Assembly (NCBI GenBank): GCA_027081695.1
Contig: JALWJI010000153.1
Coordinates: forward strand, 1 to 39,920
Direction: 5' to 3'
Length of the DNA: 39,920 nucleotides
DNA from: Acidilobaceae archaeon
Lineage (GTDB): Archaea; Thermoproteota; Thermoprotei_A; Sulfolobales; Acidilobaceae
Below the pieces are notes generated by a model. The model was given only the letters and a program-made list of their open reading frames with translations, ran no database searches and was not told the origin of the DNA. A program made the translations under genes and the position numbers. This document shows positions 9,171 to 18,302 of the stretch, in pieces (the first letter of the stretch is position 1; the number at the start of each line of letters is the position of its first letter).

Positions 9171-10418
9171 TTGACGACAGGAGAAAAAAGACAGCCAGAA
9201 GTCAACATCGGTGTAGTGGGCCACGTAGACCATGGAAAGACAACGCTTGTTCAAGCACTCACAGGAGTATGGACTATGAGGCACAGCGAGGAGATACGCC
9301 GTGGAATGACTATAAAGCTAGGATATGCCGATGGAGAAGTTTGGGAATGTGAAGGATGCGGTTTTCCAGAACGATTCTCGCCAGAACCAGTGTGCGAGTG
9401 TAACCCCGGTGCCTCTCCTATTCTCAGAAGAAGGATCTCCTACGTAGATGCCCCCGGACACGAAATTCTCATGGCCACAATGCTTTCAGGAGCAGCACTA
9501 ATGGATGGAGCTATACTTGTAATAGCAGCGAACGAGCCTTGTCCACAGCCACAGACCAGAGAACACCTTGTTGCCCTCGAGATAATAGGCGTGGACAAAA
9601 TAATAATAGTACAAAACAAAGTTGACGTTGTCTCACCTGAAAGAGCACGTGAGAGCTATAATGAAATCAAAGAATTCGTGAAAGGAACAATAGCAGAAAA
9701 CGCGCCAATAATACCTGTTAGCGCCCTCAAACGCGCCAACATAGACGCCGTACTTGCCGCAATAGAAGAACTTGTACCTACGCCGGAAAGAGACCTAGAG
9801 AGCCCACCTCTTATGTTTATTGCTCGGAGCTTCGATGTAAACAGGCCCGGCACGCCTCCAGAACGACTAGTCGGAGGAGTTATTGGAGGAGGCATAATAC
9901 ACGGAGTCTTCCGCGTCGGACAAGAAATCGAGATTAGACCCGGGTTAATGACAAGGAAACCAGGAGGAAGAATAGAATACGAACCGATATACACTGAAAT
10001 AAGCAGTCTGCGATTCGGTAACATAGAAGTAGAAGAAGCAAAACCAGGAGGACTCGTCGCAATAGGAACCAAGCTAGATCCCGCACTAACAAAATCAGAC
10101 AACCTAGTAGGCAACGCCGTAGGTCTACCCGGAAAACTTCCTCCTACACTCGACCAGGTAAGAGTAGAATTTAAACTACTCGAGAGAGTCGTTGGACTTA
10201 AAGAAGCCGTAAAAGTAGAACCAATCAAAAAAGGAGAAATGCTAATGCTAACAGTAGGAACCTCTATAACACTAGGAATAACTACCAACGTAGGAAGCGA
10301 CTATTTCGAGGCCAAACTGAGAAGACCTATAGTAGCATGGGACGGAGCCCGCATCGCGATCAGCAGGAGGGTACATGGTAGATGGAGACTAGTAGGATGG
10401 GGACATGTCAGACTATAG
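9171..10418 (+). CDS. eif2g: Translation initiation factor 2 gamma subunit
   Basis: QPEVNIGVVGHVDHGKTT, HSEEIRRGMTIKLGYA, DAPGHE, QNKVD and WRLVGWG; TTG start. Confidence 0.97.
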   Translation: MTTGEKRQPEVNIGVVGHVDHGKTTLVQALTGVWTMRHSEEIRRGMTIKLGYADGEVWECEGCGFPERFSPEPVCECNPGASPILRRRISYVDAPGHEILMATMLSGAALMDGAILVIAANEPCPQPQTREHLVALEIIGVDKIIIVQNKVDVVSPERARESYNEIKEFVKGTIAENAPIIPVSALKRANIDAVLAAIEELVPTPERDLESPPLMFIARSFDVNRPGTPPERLVGGVIGGGIIHGVFRVGQEIEIRPGLMTRKPGGRIEYEPIYTEISSLRFGNIEVEEAKPGGLVAIGTKLDPALTKSDNLVGNAVGLPGKLPPTLDQVRVEFKLLERVVGLKEAVKVEPIKKGEMLMLTVGTSITLGITTNVGSDYFEAKLRRPIVAWDGARIAISRRVHGRWRLVGWGHVRL

Positions 10419-10864
10419 AAGAACCTAGAAACCTGCCATCCAATAAACTACTCGTACTCCTCGACACAAATTTCCTAATATACATGGCCAAAGGCCTTAT
10501 CGTGCCATCACAAATCTTAGAAACACTAGACTACGCATATTGCCTTCTAACTATAGCTCCTGTGAAAAAGGAACTCGAGACACTATCCAAATCAAACAAG
10601 CCTAAACTGGCCCGACTTGCGGCAAGAGCCTTAGAACTTCTCAGCCAGCTAAAAATTACGCTTCTAGATCTCCAGCTTAGTCCCGAGATCAAGGCTGACG
10701 ATGCTATCATACTGGCCGCACAACACCTCAAAAAACTTGGTTTCAACACGCTAATAGCAACCTGCGATAAGAGTATGCGTCGCAGAGCCAGAGCATTGGG
10801 AATCCCTACACTATACTATAGAGAATCAGAAGGAATCCTTGAGACTGACTGGGTTCCAATATAG
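10382..10864 (+). CDS. PIN-domain nuclease (Fcf1/Utp24-like)
   Basis: LLDTNFL, KELE, ADDAII and ATCDK PIN motifs; conserved position after eif2g; start uncertain. Confidence 0.88.
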   Translation: METSRMGTCQTIEEPRNLPSNKLLVLLDTNFLIYMAKGLIVPSQILETLDYAYCLLTIAPVKKELETLSKSNKPKLARLAARALELLSQLKITLLDLQLSPEIKADDAIILAAQHLKKLGFNTLIATCDKSMRRRARALGIPTLYYRESEGILETDWVPI

Positions 10865-10924
10865 TATGCAAGTAAGTAGATAATACATAATTCGATCTAA
10901 AGACTACTTTATCGGAGAAGGGTA

Positions 10925-11713
10925 ATGCAGATGCAACAGGATCCAAAGCCGAGGTTAATTGTACATCCTCTATGCCCCACTAGTAAATCGCTCTTGCTTG
11001 ACCTGTATTCTAATAGCTATTTAGATAGAGTAGATTACGTGTTTCTAGATGATCCAAGATACCTTGACAAAGTAGAAGCATTCCCATGGGCTGTCCCAAT
11101 GCTTATAATCAATGATAACGGGCCTGTCGCAATGGATCCCCTAGATTATGATGAACTCTATGCTATTATAGAAGACTCCTATGACAGAGAAATAAACGAC
11201 GAGGATCAATTCAAAATATCCATACTTTATAGCTCCTATGCTAGTAGCATAAGTCTACTTTATGGTGGCGTAGAACCTCTTATATCGGAGAGTTTCCTAT
11301 ATCCAGCTCTACGTATAAAGATAAGAGACGTAGATTACGACGAGACTGTAAGAAATCTAAAATCCAAGGCGACAAGCATCTATAATAGTTTCAAAGAAAA
11401 AATTGCTCGGGCCCTCGCTATAACAATCGTAAGACACTTCTACTACAGCGGAATAACCGATCCAGACGAGCTGGAAAAATATTCAAAGACCTCTGTAGTT
11501 AATTCAATAATATTCTCTCTAGCTAGTATAGGCCGTGTAAACCTACCGACGCCACCCTATAAACCTGACATGGCTGAATACATCAGCGAGTTTATAGCTA
11601 GAAACCCGAAGGGACTACTAAGGAAAATAGAACGCGAGCACTATTCGATAATCGAGGATAAAGACTACATGAGACTCGTTGAAAAACTCAAGACAAAACA
11701 AAATAAGGAGTAA
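10925..11713 (+). CDS. Hypothetical protein with N-terminal thioredoxin/glutaredoxin-like domain (CxxS)
   Basis: HPLCPTS motif after the first beta strand and a WAVP cis-Pro-like motif. Confidence 0.55.
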   Translation: MQMQQDPKPRLIVHPLCPTSKSLLLDLYSNSYLDRVDYVFLDDPRYLDKVEAFPWAVPMLIINDNGPVAMDPLDYDELYAIIEDSYDREINDEDQFKISILYSSYASSISLLYGGVEPLISESFLYPALRIKIRDVDYDETVRNLKSKATSIYNSFKEKIARALAITIVRHFYYSGITDPDELEKYSKTSVVNSIIFSLASIGRVNLPTPPYKPDMAEYISEFIARNPKGLLRKIEREHYSIIEDKDYMRLVEKLKTKQNKE

Positions 11714-11765
11714 AACGATACGCTTAATTTCACCTAGAACTCCCTGGTTTGAAAGGGTGGAGCGG

Positions 11766-12320
11766 TTGTACAAACTAGTAGAGATAGAAGAATGGATAGG
11801 AATATTGCCAGGAGCATACGAAGAAAATATTACAAACATCGTGTTAGAGGAACTAAGAAATAGGTTAGAAGGCCTAATCGATCCCGAGCTAGGAGTCATA
11901 CTTGCCGTGACAGAGGCATCCATAGTAAGCGACGGCGTTATACTTCCTGTTCCAGGAGACCCACGCATATTCTATAGAGTTAGATACAAGGTGTTATCAT
12001 TCAAGCCTATTCTGCTAGAAGTAGTAAAGGGCATCGTAAGAGAAGCCCGGCAACCAGGTATATTCATAAGTCTCGGGCCCATAGACGGATTCATCCATAA
12101 GAGCCAGATAATGGATGAGCCAGTAGAATATCTACCTGAGAGAAGAGGCTTCAGAGGCGTTCACTCTGGACGCGTCGTCGAGATAGGAGACCACGTCAGG
12201 GCAAGAATAGTACAAATAAGTAAACCAACTAAGAGGACCTCCGGGCTAAGAGTCGCTCTAACAATGCGCCAGCCATATCTAGGAAAAGAACAATGGGTTC
12301 TATCACAGCTCAAAGCATGA
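11766..12320 (+). CDS. rpoE1: DNA-directed RNA polymerase subunit E' (Rpo7)
   Basis: MYKLVEIEE...GIFISLGPIDGFIHKSQIMD...ALTMRQPYLGK; TTG 11766 with GGTGG SD. Confidence 0.94.
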   Translation: MYKLVEIEEWIGILPGAYEENITNIVLEELRNRLEGLIDPELGVILAVTEASIVSDGVILPVPGDPRIFYRVRYKVLSFKPILLEVVKGIVREARQPGIFISLGPIDGFIHKSQIMDEPVEYLPERRGFRGVHSGRVVEIGDHVRARIVQISKPTKRTSGLRVALTMRQPYLGKEQWVLSQLKA

Positions 12321-12340
12321 GATCCTAAGAGGTGGAAGAT

Positions 12341-12583
12341 ATGGCACCTGTAAGAAGAGCCCCGACAAGAAGACCCCCACTAAAAGCATGTAGGAGATGT
12401 GGAGGACTCGTTGACAGAGAGACAAGAGTATGCCCATACTGTGGATCAACCGATTTCACTGATAACTGGGAGGGTATGATTGTTGTCCTAGACCCTGAAA
12501 ACTCGCTAATAGCTAAGGAAACGGGAATCAACAAGAAAGGATACTTCGCAATAAAGGTTGCTGGGAGAGTTGTCAAACGATAA
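12341..12583 (+). CDS. spt4: Transcription elongation factor Spt4 (RpoE'')
   Basis: KACRRC...CPYCGS...WEGMIVVLDPENSLIAK...FAIKV; ATG 12341 after GAGGTG SD. Confidence 0.95.
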   Translation: MAPVRRAPTRRPPLKACRRCGGLVDRETRVCPYCGSTDFTDNWEGMIVVLDPENSLIAKETGINKKGYFAIKVAGRVVKR

Positions 12584-13106
12584 AATACCGGTTTTCCAAC
12601 TACCCTTCGAACAAAGACCTGATTTCGCTAGATCAAGAGGATTACTAGTCACAGGAGATTTTACCAAGTACCTCGATCTGAAAGCTCCTACAATCGTCTG
12701 TGTTGGAGACGTTGTCTCCTCCTATTGTATAAGAATCGCAAAGAAGTACAATGGAAAGCTTATACTACTAGTTGATGGAAAAACTAGGAGAACCCAACAT
12801 CTAGGAATACTTGAAGCAAAAGGGATTAAACGGGTCAAAGTAAAGAACCCGCAGTCAACGATAGCAGTAAACGTATACGATCTATTATGCAGTCTTCTTA
12901 GCACTCATCAAGATGAAAGAGTAATAATAGAAGTTCAAGGAGAGGAAGATATGCTCGCCCTACCAGCAATCGCCTGCAGTCCAACTGGAGGAATAGTTGT
13001 TTATGGTATTCCAGGAAAAGGCGCCACAATTATAAGAGTAAATAAATGGATCTCGTATGAAGCGCGATCCAGGTTTCTTTCACTTGTACCCAAACTTGTT
13101 TCTTAA
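12558..13106 (+). CDS. GTP-dependent dephospho-CoA kinase (DUF359 family)
   Basis: VGDVVS, VDGKTRR, NP, GEEDMLALP and YGIPGKG; conserved position after spt4; alternative TTG start at 12570. Confidence 0.88.
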   Translation: MLGELSNDKIPVFQLPFEQRPDFARSRGLLVTGDFTKYLDLKAPTIVCVGDVVSSYCIRIAKKYNGKLILLVDGKTRRTQHLGILEAKGIKRVKVKNPQSTIAVNVYDLLCSLLSTHQDERVIIEVQGEEDMLALPAIACSPTGGIVVYGIPGKGATIIRVNKWISYEARSRFLSLVPKLVS

Positions 13107-13195
13107 GGGAAAATGCTTCTCTCCGTGATACTTAATACTAATAACTCTTTTAACCATGCAAAACAGTCTGGGATATGGGAGGAGGTATGACGGGA

Positions 13196-13543
13196 ATGAG
13201 CACACAAGCAAACATTAAGAGAATCGACTTCGAAGACGGAGTATGGGCAGAAGTAGTCAGAGACTTCTATAATCCTATAATTAAACGACGCGAGCTAACA
13301 CTCATAATCCACCACGTTCTCAAATCAACGCCTATGAGAATTAACCTAAGACTTGGCATCGCCGAAAAACTAGGAGTAGACCTACAAAGAGTTTATGTTA
13401 GGAGAATAGACTCAGAGTACGGAATCGGACGCTCTAAAGCAATAATCCACATATACGATAGCGTTGACAGAGTCAAAAAGTTCGAGCCAGAATACATAAT
13501 TGACAGAAACGGCGGAATAAACCCGTTCGAGGAAGAAGAATAG
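13196..13543 (+). CDS. rps24e: 30S ribosomal protein S24e
   Basis: NPIIKRRE...STP...YVRRIDSEYGIGRSKAIIHIYDS...EPEY; start could also be 13175 or 13187. Confidence 0.93.
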   Translation: MSTQANIKRIDFEDGVWAEVVRDFYNPIIKRRELTLIIHHVLKSTPMRINLRLGIAEKLGVDLQRVYVRRIDSEYGIGRSKAIIHIYDSVDRVKKFEPEYIIDRNGGINPFEEEE

Positions 13544-13560
13544 CTATGAGGTGAACAGGT

Positions 13561-13743
13561 ATGGGTAAAAAGAAAGTAAAGGCTGCTGTCAGGCTCCTCT
13601 ACGAGATCGATGTAGACAACTGGACAATAAAGAGAAAGAACAAAATATGCCCCAAGTGCGGTAGTTTTATGGCACACCACCTAAAGCCCGTCGAGAGGTG
13701 GCATTGTGGAAAATGCGGCTACACAGAATTCGTCAAGAAATGA
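13561..13743 (+). CDS. rps27ae: 30S ribosomal protein S27ae
   Basis: [13 protein letters not shown]...[12 protein letters not shown]. Confidence 0.96.
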   Translation: MGKKKVKAAVRLLYEIDVDNWTIKRKNKICPKCGSFMAHHLKPVERWHCGKCGYTEFVKK

Positions 13744-14767
13744 TAATGAGATAATCATATTAGGAATAGAGAGTACCGCACACACGTTTGGTGTCGGAAT
13801 AGTATCTTCCTCTAAACCATTTATTCTCGCCGATATAAGAAAACGATATACGCCGGAAAAAGGAGGAATTCTTCCCCGAGAAGTCGCCCAATACTTCTCT
13901 ACTGTAGCTTCAGATGCTATACACGAGGCCTTCAGAGTATCCGGTTTTTCTCCTAAAGATCTAAGCGCTGTAGCCGTCGCCCTAGGACCTGGTATGGGAC
14001 CTGCTCTCAGGGTCGGAGCCACAGTTGCACGCGCACTATCCTCTCACCTCAAAATACCCCTCATAGCAGTAAATCATGCCATTGCACACATTGAAATAGC
14101 GCGTTTTCTCACAGGACTCAAAGACCCAATAGTACTATATGTATCGGGAGGGAACACTACCGTAACGGCATATAATCATGGAACATATCGAGTCTTCGGA
14201 GAAACACTAGATATCGCGTTAGGAAACCTCCAAGATACTTTTGCCCGCGAGGTAGGTCTCGCACCTCCATATATAAGAAATGGAAGACACGTAATTGACC
14301 ACTGCGCAGACAATGGATCCTTCCTAGAAGATCTACCATACGTTGTAAAAGGCCAAGATGTCTCTTTCTCAGGTTTACTCACGGCAGCTGTAAGGAAATA
14401 CGAGAAATCCCCAAATCTCCTGCCCGATATATGCTATACCCTTCGAGAAATAGCGTATTCTAGTGTGGTCGAAGTAACTGAAAGAGGACTTGCACATTTA
14501 GGAAAAAAACAAGTAATAGTAACTGGTGGTGTCGCTGCAAGCGATTTTCTAAACGAAAAAGTTGAGATAATGGCGAAGTCGCATGATGCTAGCTTTATAC
14601 GGATCCCTAAAAAATATGCGGGCGATAATGGTGTTATGATAGCCCTCACAGGCCTATTAATGTATAGGCATGGCATTGGTTTCATTGAACCCTCAAAAGC
14701 ATTCATAAAACAACGGTGGAGACTCGATAAGGTGCCAGTGCCATGGTATCCCGACACCCTTGGCTAG
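13706..14767 (+). CDS. kae1: KEOPS complex t6A threonylcarbamoyltransferase Kae1
   Basis: [43 protein letters not shown] and GDNGVMIA. Confidence 0.96.
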   Translation: MENAATQNSSRNDNEIIILGIESTAHTFGVGIVSSSKPFILADIRKRYTPEKGGILPREVAQYFSTVASDAIHEAFRVSGFSPKDLSAVAVALGPGMGPALRVGATVARALSSHLKIPLIAVNHAIAHIEIARFLTGLKDPIVLYVSGGNTTVTAYNHGTYRVFGETLDIALGNLQDTFAREVGLAPPYIRNGRHVIDHCADNGSFLEDLPYVVKGQDVSFSGLLTAAVRKYEKSPNLLPDICYTLREIAYSSVVEVTERGLAHLGKKQVIVTGGVAASDFLNEKVEIMAKSHDASFIRIPKKYAGDNGVMIALTGLLMYRHGIGFIEPSKAFIKQRWRLDKVPVPWYPDTLG

Positions 14768-15450
14768 CCGAAGGAATCCTAGAATACATAAGAAGATACG
14801 AGCTCCTATCTAGAGGCGCAGAGTCGGAACTATATCTAGGATCGTTTCTTGGCCAGAGAGCAGTATTCAAGCTTCGTAGAAGGAAAAAATACATGGATCC
14901 CATGCTAGATAGAAAGATACGTAGAACCAGAACCTTCAAAGAAGCCCGTATAATTCTCCAGGCATACAAAGGAGGAGTCGCCACACCACGATTATTTGGC
15001 TTTTATCCGAGCCTCTATCTTTTAGTCCTCGAATATATTCCAGGGAAACGTATGAAGGATGTAATAGAAGAATCTAGTGATCTCGAATTAATAACACTTC
15101 TCTCAAGAAATGCAGGCTACCAACTAGGACAAGTTCATAGTTCTGGTATCGTACATGGCGACACAACTACGTCCAATTTCATTCTTTACAGGGATCAATT
15201 ATACGTAATAGATTTTGGTTTATCAGATTCCTCGAAAAATGTTGAAGACAGGGCCGTGGATCTTCACTTGTTCAGGAGATCTATAGAGAGTACACACGCT
15301 AAATATTCTGATATTATGTACTCGAGTTTCCTCGAAGGCTATAGGGAGAACATGGGTTCAATAGCAGAAGAAATAATAGAAAAAGCGGAAGAAATCAGGC
15401 TCAGAGGAAGATACATAGAAGAACGCCGTACCGTGTGGAGGGATATATAG
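14743..15450 (+). CDS. bud32: KEOPS complex kinase/ATPase Bud32
   Basis: RGAES, RTFKEA, VHGDTTTSN, IDFGL, EDRAVDL and RGRY. Confidence 0.95.
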   Translation: MVSRHPWLAEGILEYIRRYELLSRGAESELYLGSFLGQRAVFKLRRRKKYMDPMLDRKIRRTRTFKEARIILQAYKGGVATPRLFGFYPSLYLLVLEYIPGKRMKDVIEESSDLELITLLSRNAGYQLGQVHSSGIVHGDTTTSNFILYRDQLYVIDFGLSDSSKNVEDRAVDLHLFRRSIESTHAKYSDIMYSSFLEGYRENMGSIAEEIIEKAEEIRLRGRYIEERRTVWRDI

Positions 15451-16050
15451 TTGGAATGCTTGTATCTGGTAACTGGCAATGAAAACAAATACAAGGAGGC
15501 CTCAGAAATTCTCTCCGAGTATGGTATAAAGCTCTGTATGGCCAATATAGACAAATTAGAGATACAGAGTCCTAGACTTGAAGATATAGCACTCTTTGCA
15601 GCACGGATAGCGTTTTCCCAGTTGAAGAAACCATTAATCGTAGATGACTCAGGACTCTTCATTAATTCGCTTAAAGGATTTCCCGGACCCTATAGTAGCT
15701 ATGTTTACAAAACAATAGGATATGAAGGCATTCTAAAACTAATGTCCGATAAAGATAATAGACGTGCATGCTTTAAGACAGTAGCAGTACTTGTCTACCC
15801 GCCAATCGAAAAAATATTCGTCGGAGAAACCTGTGGATTTATAACAAATTCTCCTAGAGGAAGTGGAGGATTCGGTTTCGACCCAATATTTGTACCCGAA
15901 GGATCTAATCAAACCTATGCGGAGATGGGCATAGAAGAGAAAAACACTATATCTCATCGGGGAAAAGCCTTTAGAAAGCTAGGTCACTGGCTTGCCAAGA
16001 ACCTTTTTGGCTTTAAAGGAAATAACCCCGAGAACAACATAACAATATAA
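15451..16050 (+). CDS. rdgB: XTP/dITP diphosphatase (RdgB/HAM1 family)
   Basis: VTGNENK, EIQ, VDDSGL, GFPGPYS, GFGFDPIF and KNTISHR. Confidence 0.95.
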   Translation: MECLYLVTGNENKYKEASEILSEYGIKLCMANIDKLEIQSPRLEDIALFAARIAFSQLKKPLIVDDSGLFINSLKGFPGPYSSYVYKTIGYEGILKLMSDKDNRRACFKTVAVLVYPPIEKIFVGETCGFITNSPRGSGGFGFDPIFVPEGSNQTYAEMGIEEKNTISHRGKAFRKLGHWLAKNLFGFKGNNPENNITI

Positions 16051-16062
16051 TGCATGTCTCGT

Positions 16063-16150
16063 GCGGGGGTGCCCGAGCCAGGGCGAAGGGGGCGGGCTCA
16101 AGACCCGTTGGCGTAGGCCGGCGTGGGTTCAAATCCCACCCCCCGCACCA
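16063..16150 (+). tRNA. tRNA-Leu(CAA)
   Basis: GCGGGGG/CCCCCGC acceptor stem, anticodon arm GCGGG-CT-CAA-GA-CCCGT, long variable arm, TTCAAAT T-loop, encoded CCA, no intron. Confidence 0.96.
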
Positions 16151-16242
16151 TCCTATGCTGGTTCTTTTCTATCACAATCTATGAATCAAGCGACATTGAC
16201 TAATACAGAATGATTCTAGTTAATGAGATAAAAGAGGAATAT

Positions 16243-16319
16243 TGGTGGACCGGCCGGGATTTGAACCCGGGGCCTCCCGGATGCCAACCGGGCGCTCTTC
16301 CAGGCTGAGCTACCGGCCC
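16243..16319 (-). tRNA. tRNA-Ala(GGC)
   Basis: Reverse complement GGGCCGGTAGCTCAG...CCCGG-TT-GGC-AT-CCGGG...TTCAAATCCCGGCCGGTCCACCA; G3:U70 identity pair. Confidence 0.96.
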
Positions 16320-16363
16320 GATCGCGCTAGCTAGCCATAATCATATGTCAATCTCCTTAGAGA

Positions 16364-16377
16364 TATTAAGTTTTTCC
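16364..16377 (-). promoter_or_regulatory. BRE-TATA promoter of tRNA-Ala
   Basis: Minus strand GGAAAAACTTAATA about 45 bp upstream of the mature 5' end. Confidence 0.5.
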
Positions 16378-16414
16378 AAGTTAGAGCGTGTCTAATCCCT
16401 TATTACATCTCTTC

Positions 16415-16435
16415 ACTACCACAGTTTCTTCTGGA
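16415..16435 (-). promoter_or_regulatory. Mini-ORB-like Orc1 binding site upstream of orc1-1
   Basis: Minus strand TCCAGAAGAAACTGTGGTAGT, compared with origin ORBs TCCATTGGAAACTGGGGGGT and TCCATAGGAAACGAGGGGGT. Confidence 0.5.
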
Positions 16436-16450
16436 TCAGGTGAAGAAGGC

Positions 16451-17692
16451 TTGAACTCCCTAGACGAAATATTTGACTCGATAACAGATTCACCCATATT
16501 CAAGGACAGAGAAAAACTACTACCAGACTACATACCTGAGAGACTCGTCCACAGAGAACAAGAGCTAACAAGACTCGCCCAGACCCTAGCCGTAGCACTC
16601 AGAGGAGAGAGACCCAACAACATATTCATATACGGGTTAACTGGTACTGGAAAAACTGCCGCCGTAAAGCTAGTCACGAGAAAACTCTCTGATAGAGCCT
16701 CTACTAGAGGTGTCAGACTCTATCCTGTCTATATTAACGTAAGACAGCGAGATACCCCTTATAGGGTAATGAGCGATATCGCGGAAACTATCGGTCTGAG
16801 AATCCCCTTTACAGGACTAGCAACAAGCGAGGTTTTTAGAAGGTTCATGGCTAAGGCGAAGAGACTCCGCGGAATAATGGTAATTGTACTCGACGAGATA
16901 GATTTCCTCGTCAAGAAACACGGAGACGATATATTGTACAAGCTTCTAAGAGCAAATGAAGAGCTAGAAAACTTCAAGATCTCGATCGTAGGGATAACAA
17001 ACAGTATATCGTTCGTTGAAAACCTTGATCCTCGAGTAAAGAGCAGTCTCGGAGAAGAAGAAATAGTGTTCTCGCCATATAATGCCCAACAACTAAACGA
17101 TATCCTCTCAGAAAGAGCCTCCCTCGCATTCAAAGACGGTGTACTCGACGACGATGTAATACCTCTATGCGCAGCCCTAGCAGCAAGAGAACACGGTGAT
17201 GCGAGAAGAGCTCTCGACCTACTCAGAGTAGCAGGAGAAATTGCCGAGAGACAAGGAGACAGGAAAGTAACCTCACGGCACGTAATGGCTGCTAGAATAG
17301 AAATTGAACGTGATAGGGTAGTAGAAATAGTTAGAACCTTGCCCATGCACGGTAAATTAGTATTAGCTGCTGTGACTGCCATGACGAGAGGAGGCAAAAA
17401 CAAGACGACCACCGGCGAGGTTTACGACTACTATAGAAAATTAGTTGCTCGACTAGGAATCGAAGAAGTAACGTTTAGAAGAGTAAGCGGGATAATTGGA
17501 GAGCTAGATATGCTAGGGATAATTAGGACTCGTACTATTAGTAGGGGGCGGTATGGTAAAACACGATATATAGAGCTGGCCTCGAGCTACAAGCCGATTA
17601 TTGATGTACTCGCTGAAGACTCCTCGTTAGAATATATAGCTAGGAACCTTGAGGAGGTCATAAATGCCTCAGAGAATAGTCGTAGCCTGTGA
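16451..17692 (+). CDS. cdc6: ORC1-type replication initiator Orc1-1/Cdc6-1
   Basis: IFKDREKLLPDYIP, PNNIFIYGLTGTGKT (Walker A), VLDEID (Walker B), HGDARRALDLLR and wing motif ISRGRYGKTR; TTG 16451 after GGTGA SD. Confidence 0.96.
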   Translation: MNSLDEIFDSITDSPIFKDREKLLPDYIPERLVHREQELTRLAQTLAVALRGERPNNIFIYGLTGTGKTAAVKLVTRKLSDRASTRGVRLYPVYINVRQRDTPYRVMSDIAETIGLRIPFTGLATSEVFRRFMAKAKRLRGIMVIVLDEIDFLVKKHGDDILYKLLRANEELENFKISIVGITNSISFVENLDPRVKSSLGEEEIVFSPYNAQQLNDILSERASLAFKDGVLDDDVIPLCAALAAREHGDARRALDLLRVAGEIAERQGDRKVTSRHVMAARIEIERDRVVEIVRTLPMHGKLVLAAVTAMTRGGKNKTTTGEVYDYYRKLVARLGIEEVTFRRVSGIIGELDMLGIIRTRTISRGRYGKTRYIELASSYKPIIDVLAEDSSLEYIARNLEEVINASENSRSL

Positions 17693-18242
17693 CGATGGAA
17701 TAGTGAATAAGCTAGGAGAAGGCACAACCATAGTAGCATGCACATTATACAACAAAAACCTGGGTCCCATACATGTAGGCTTCCTTCCCGTCAAAATAGA
17801 CGGGCTCGACGCAACTGGACAACTCCTCTATTTAATCAGTACACTAAGCGGCCTTTATTCCGATAACAAGGTTGAAGCCGTATTTTTTGATAGCCTCACA
17901 ATAGCAGGTTTCAACATAATATCTCCTGCCAGTATAAAGAAGCACCTTGGTTTACCTGTCATTGTACTATACAAGAGAAAACCAAACATCGATAAGATCA
18001 CCGATGCTGTTATCAAATACATAAGATATCCTGAAATTAGACTTAGAGTACTACGTCTCCTCGAGAACACTGTTGTACTTGATACAAAACAAGGAAAGCT
18101 CTACTCAATCCTCTACGGAATAGATCCTAAAAAAGCATTGTCAATTATAGAATATTACCAGCTATATTCGAGGATTCCTGAACCACTGAGATTTATAGAC
18201 TATTTTGCTTCCTCTATTTCTCGTTTATTACTCACCATGTAG
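17664..18242 (+). CDS. DUF99 family protein (endonuclease V-like fold)
   Basis: DDG, IDGLDAT, DSLTIAGFNII and RIPEPLR; overlaps the end of cdc6. Confidence 0.85.
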   Translation: MPQRIVVACDDGIVNKLGEGTTIVACTLYNKNLGPIHVGFLPVKIDGLDATGQLLYLISTLSGLYSDNKVEAVFFDSLTIAGFNIISPASIKKHLGLPVIVLYKRKPNIDKITDAVIKYIRYPEIRLRVLRLLENTVVLDTKQGKLYSILYGIDPKKALSIIEYYQLYSRIPEPLRFIDYFASSISRLLLTM

Positions 18243-18302
18243 TTATGCGTATATATTGTTGTTCTCTTCATATACAATTGAAGAAGAACAGAGCGTGATA
18301 AA

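Noticed and set aside
16063..16319. tRNA introns or split tRNAs
   Set aside because: All three tRNAs fold as continuous cloverleafs of normal length with encoded CCA.
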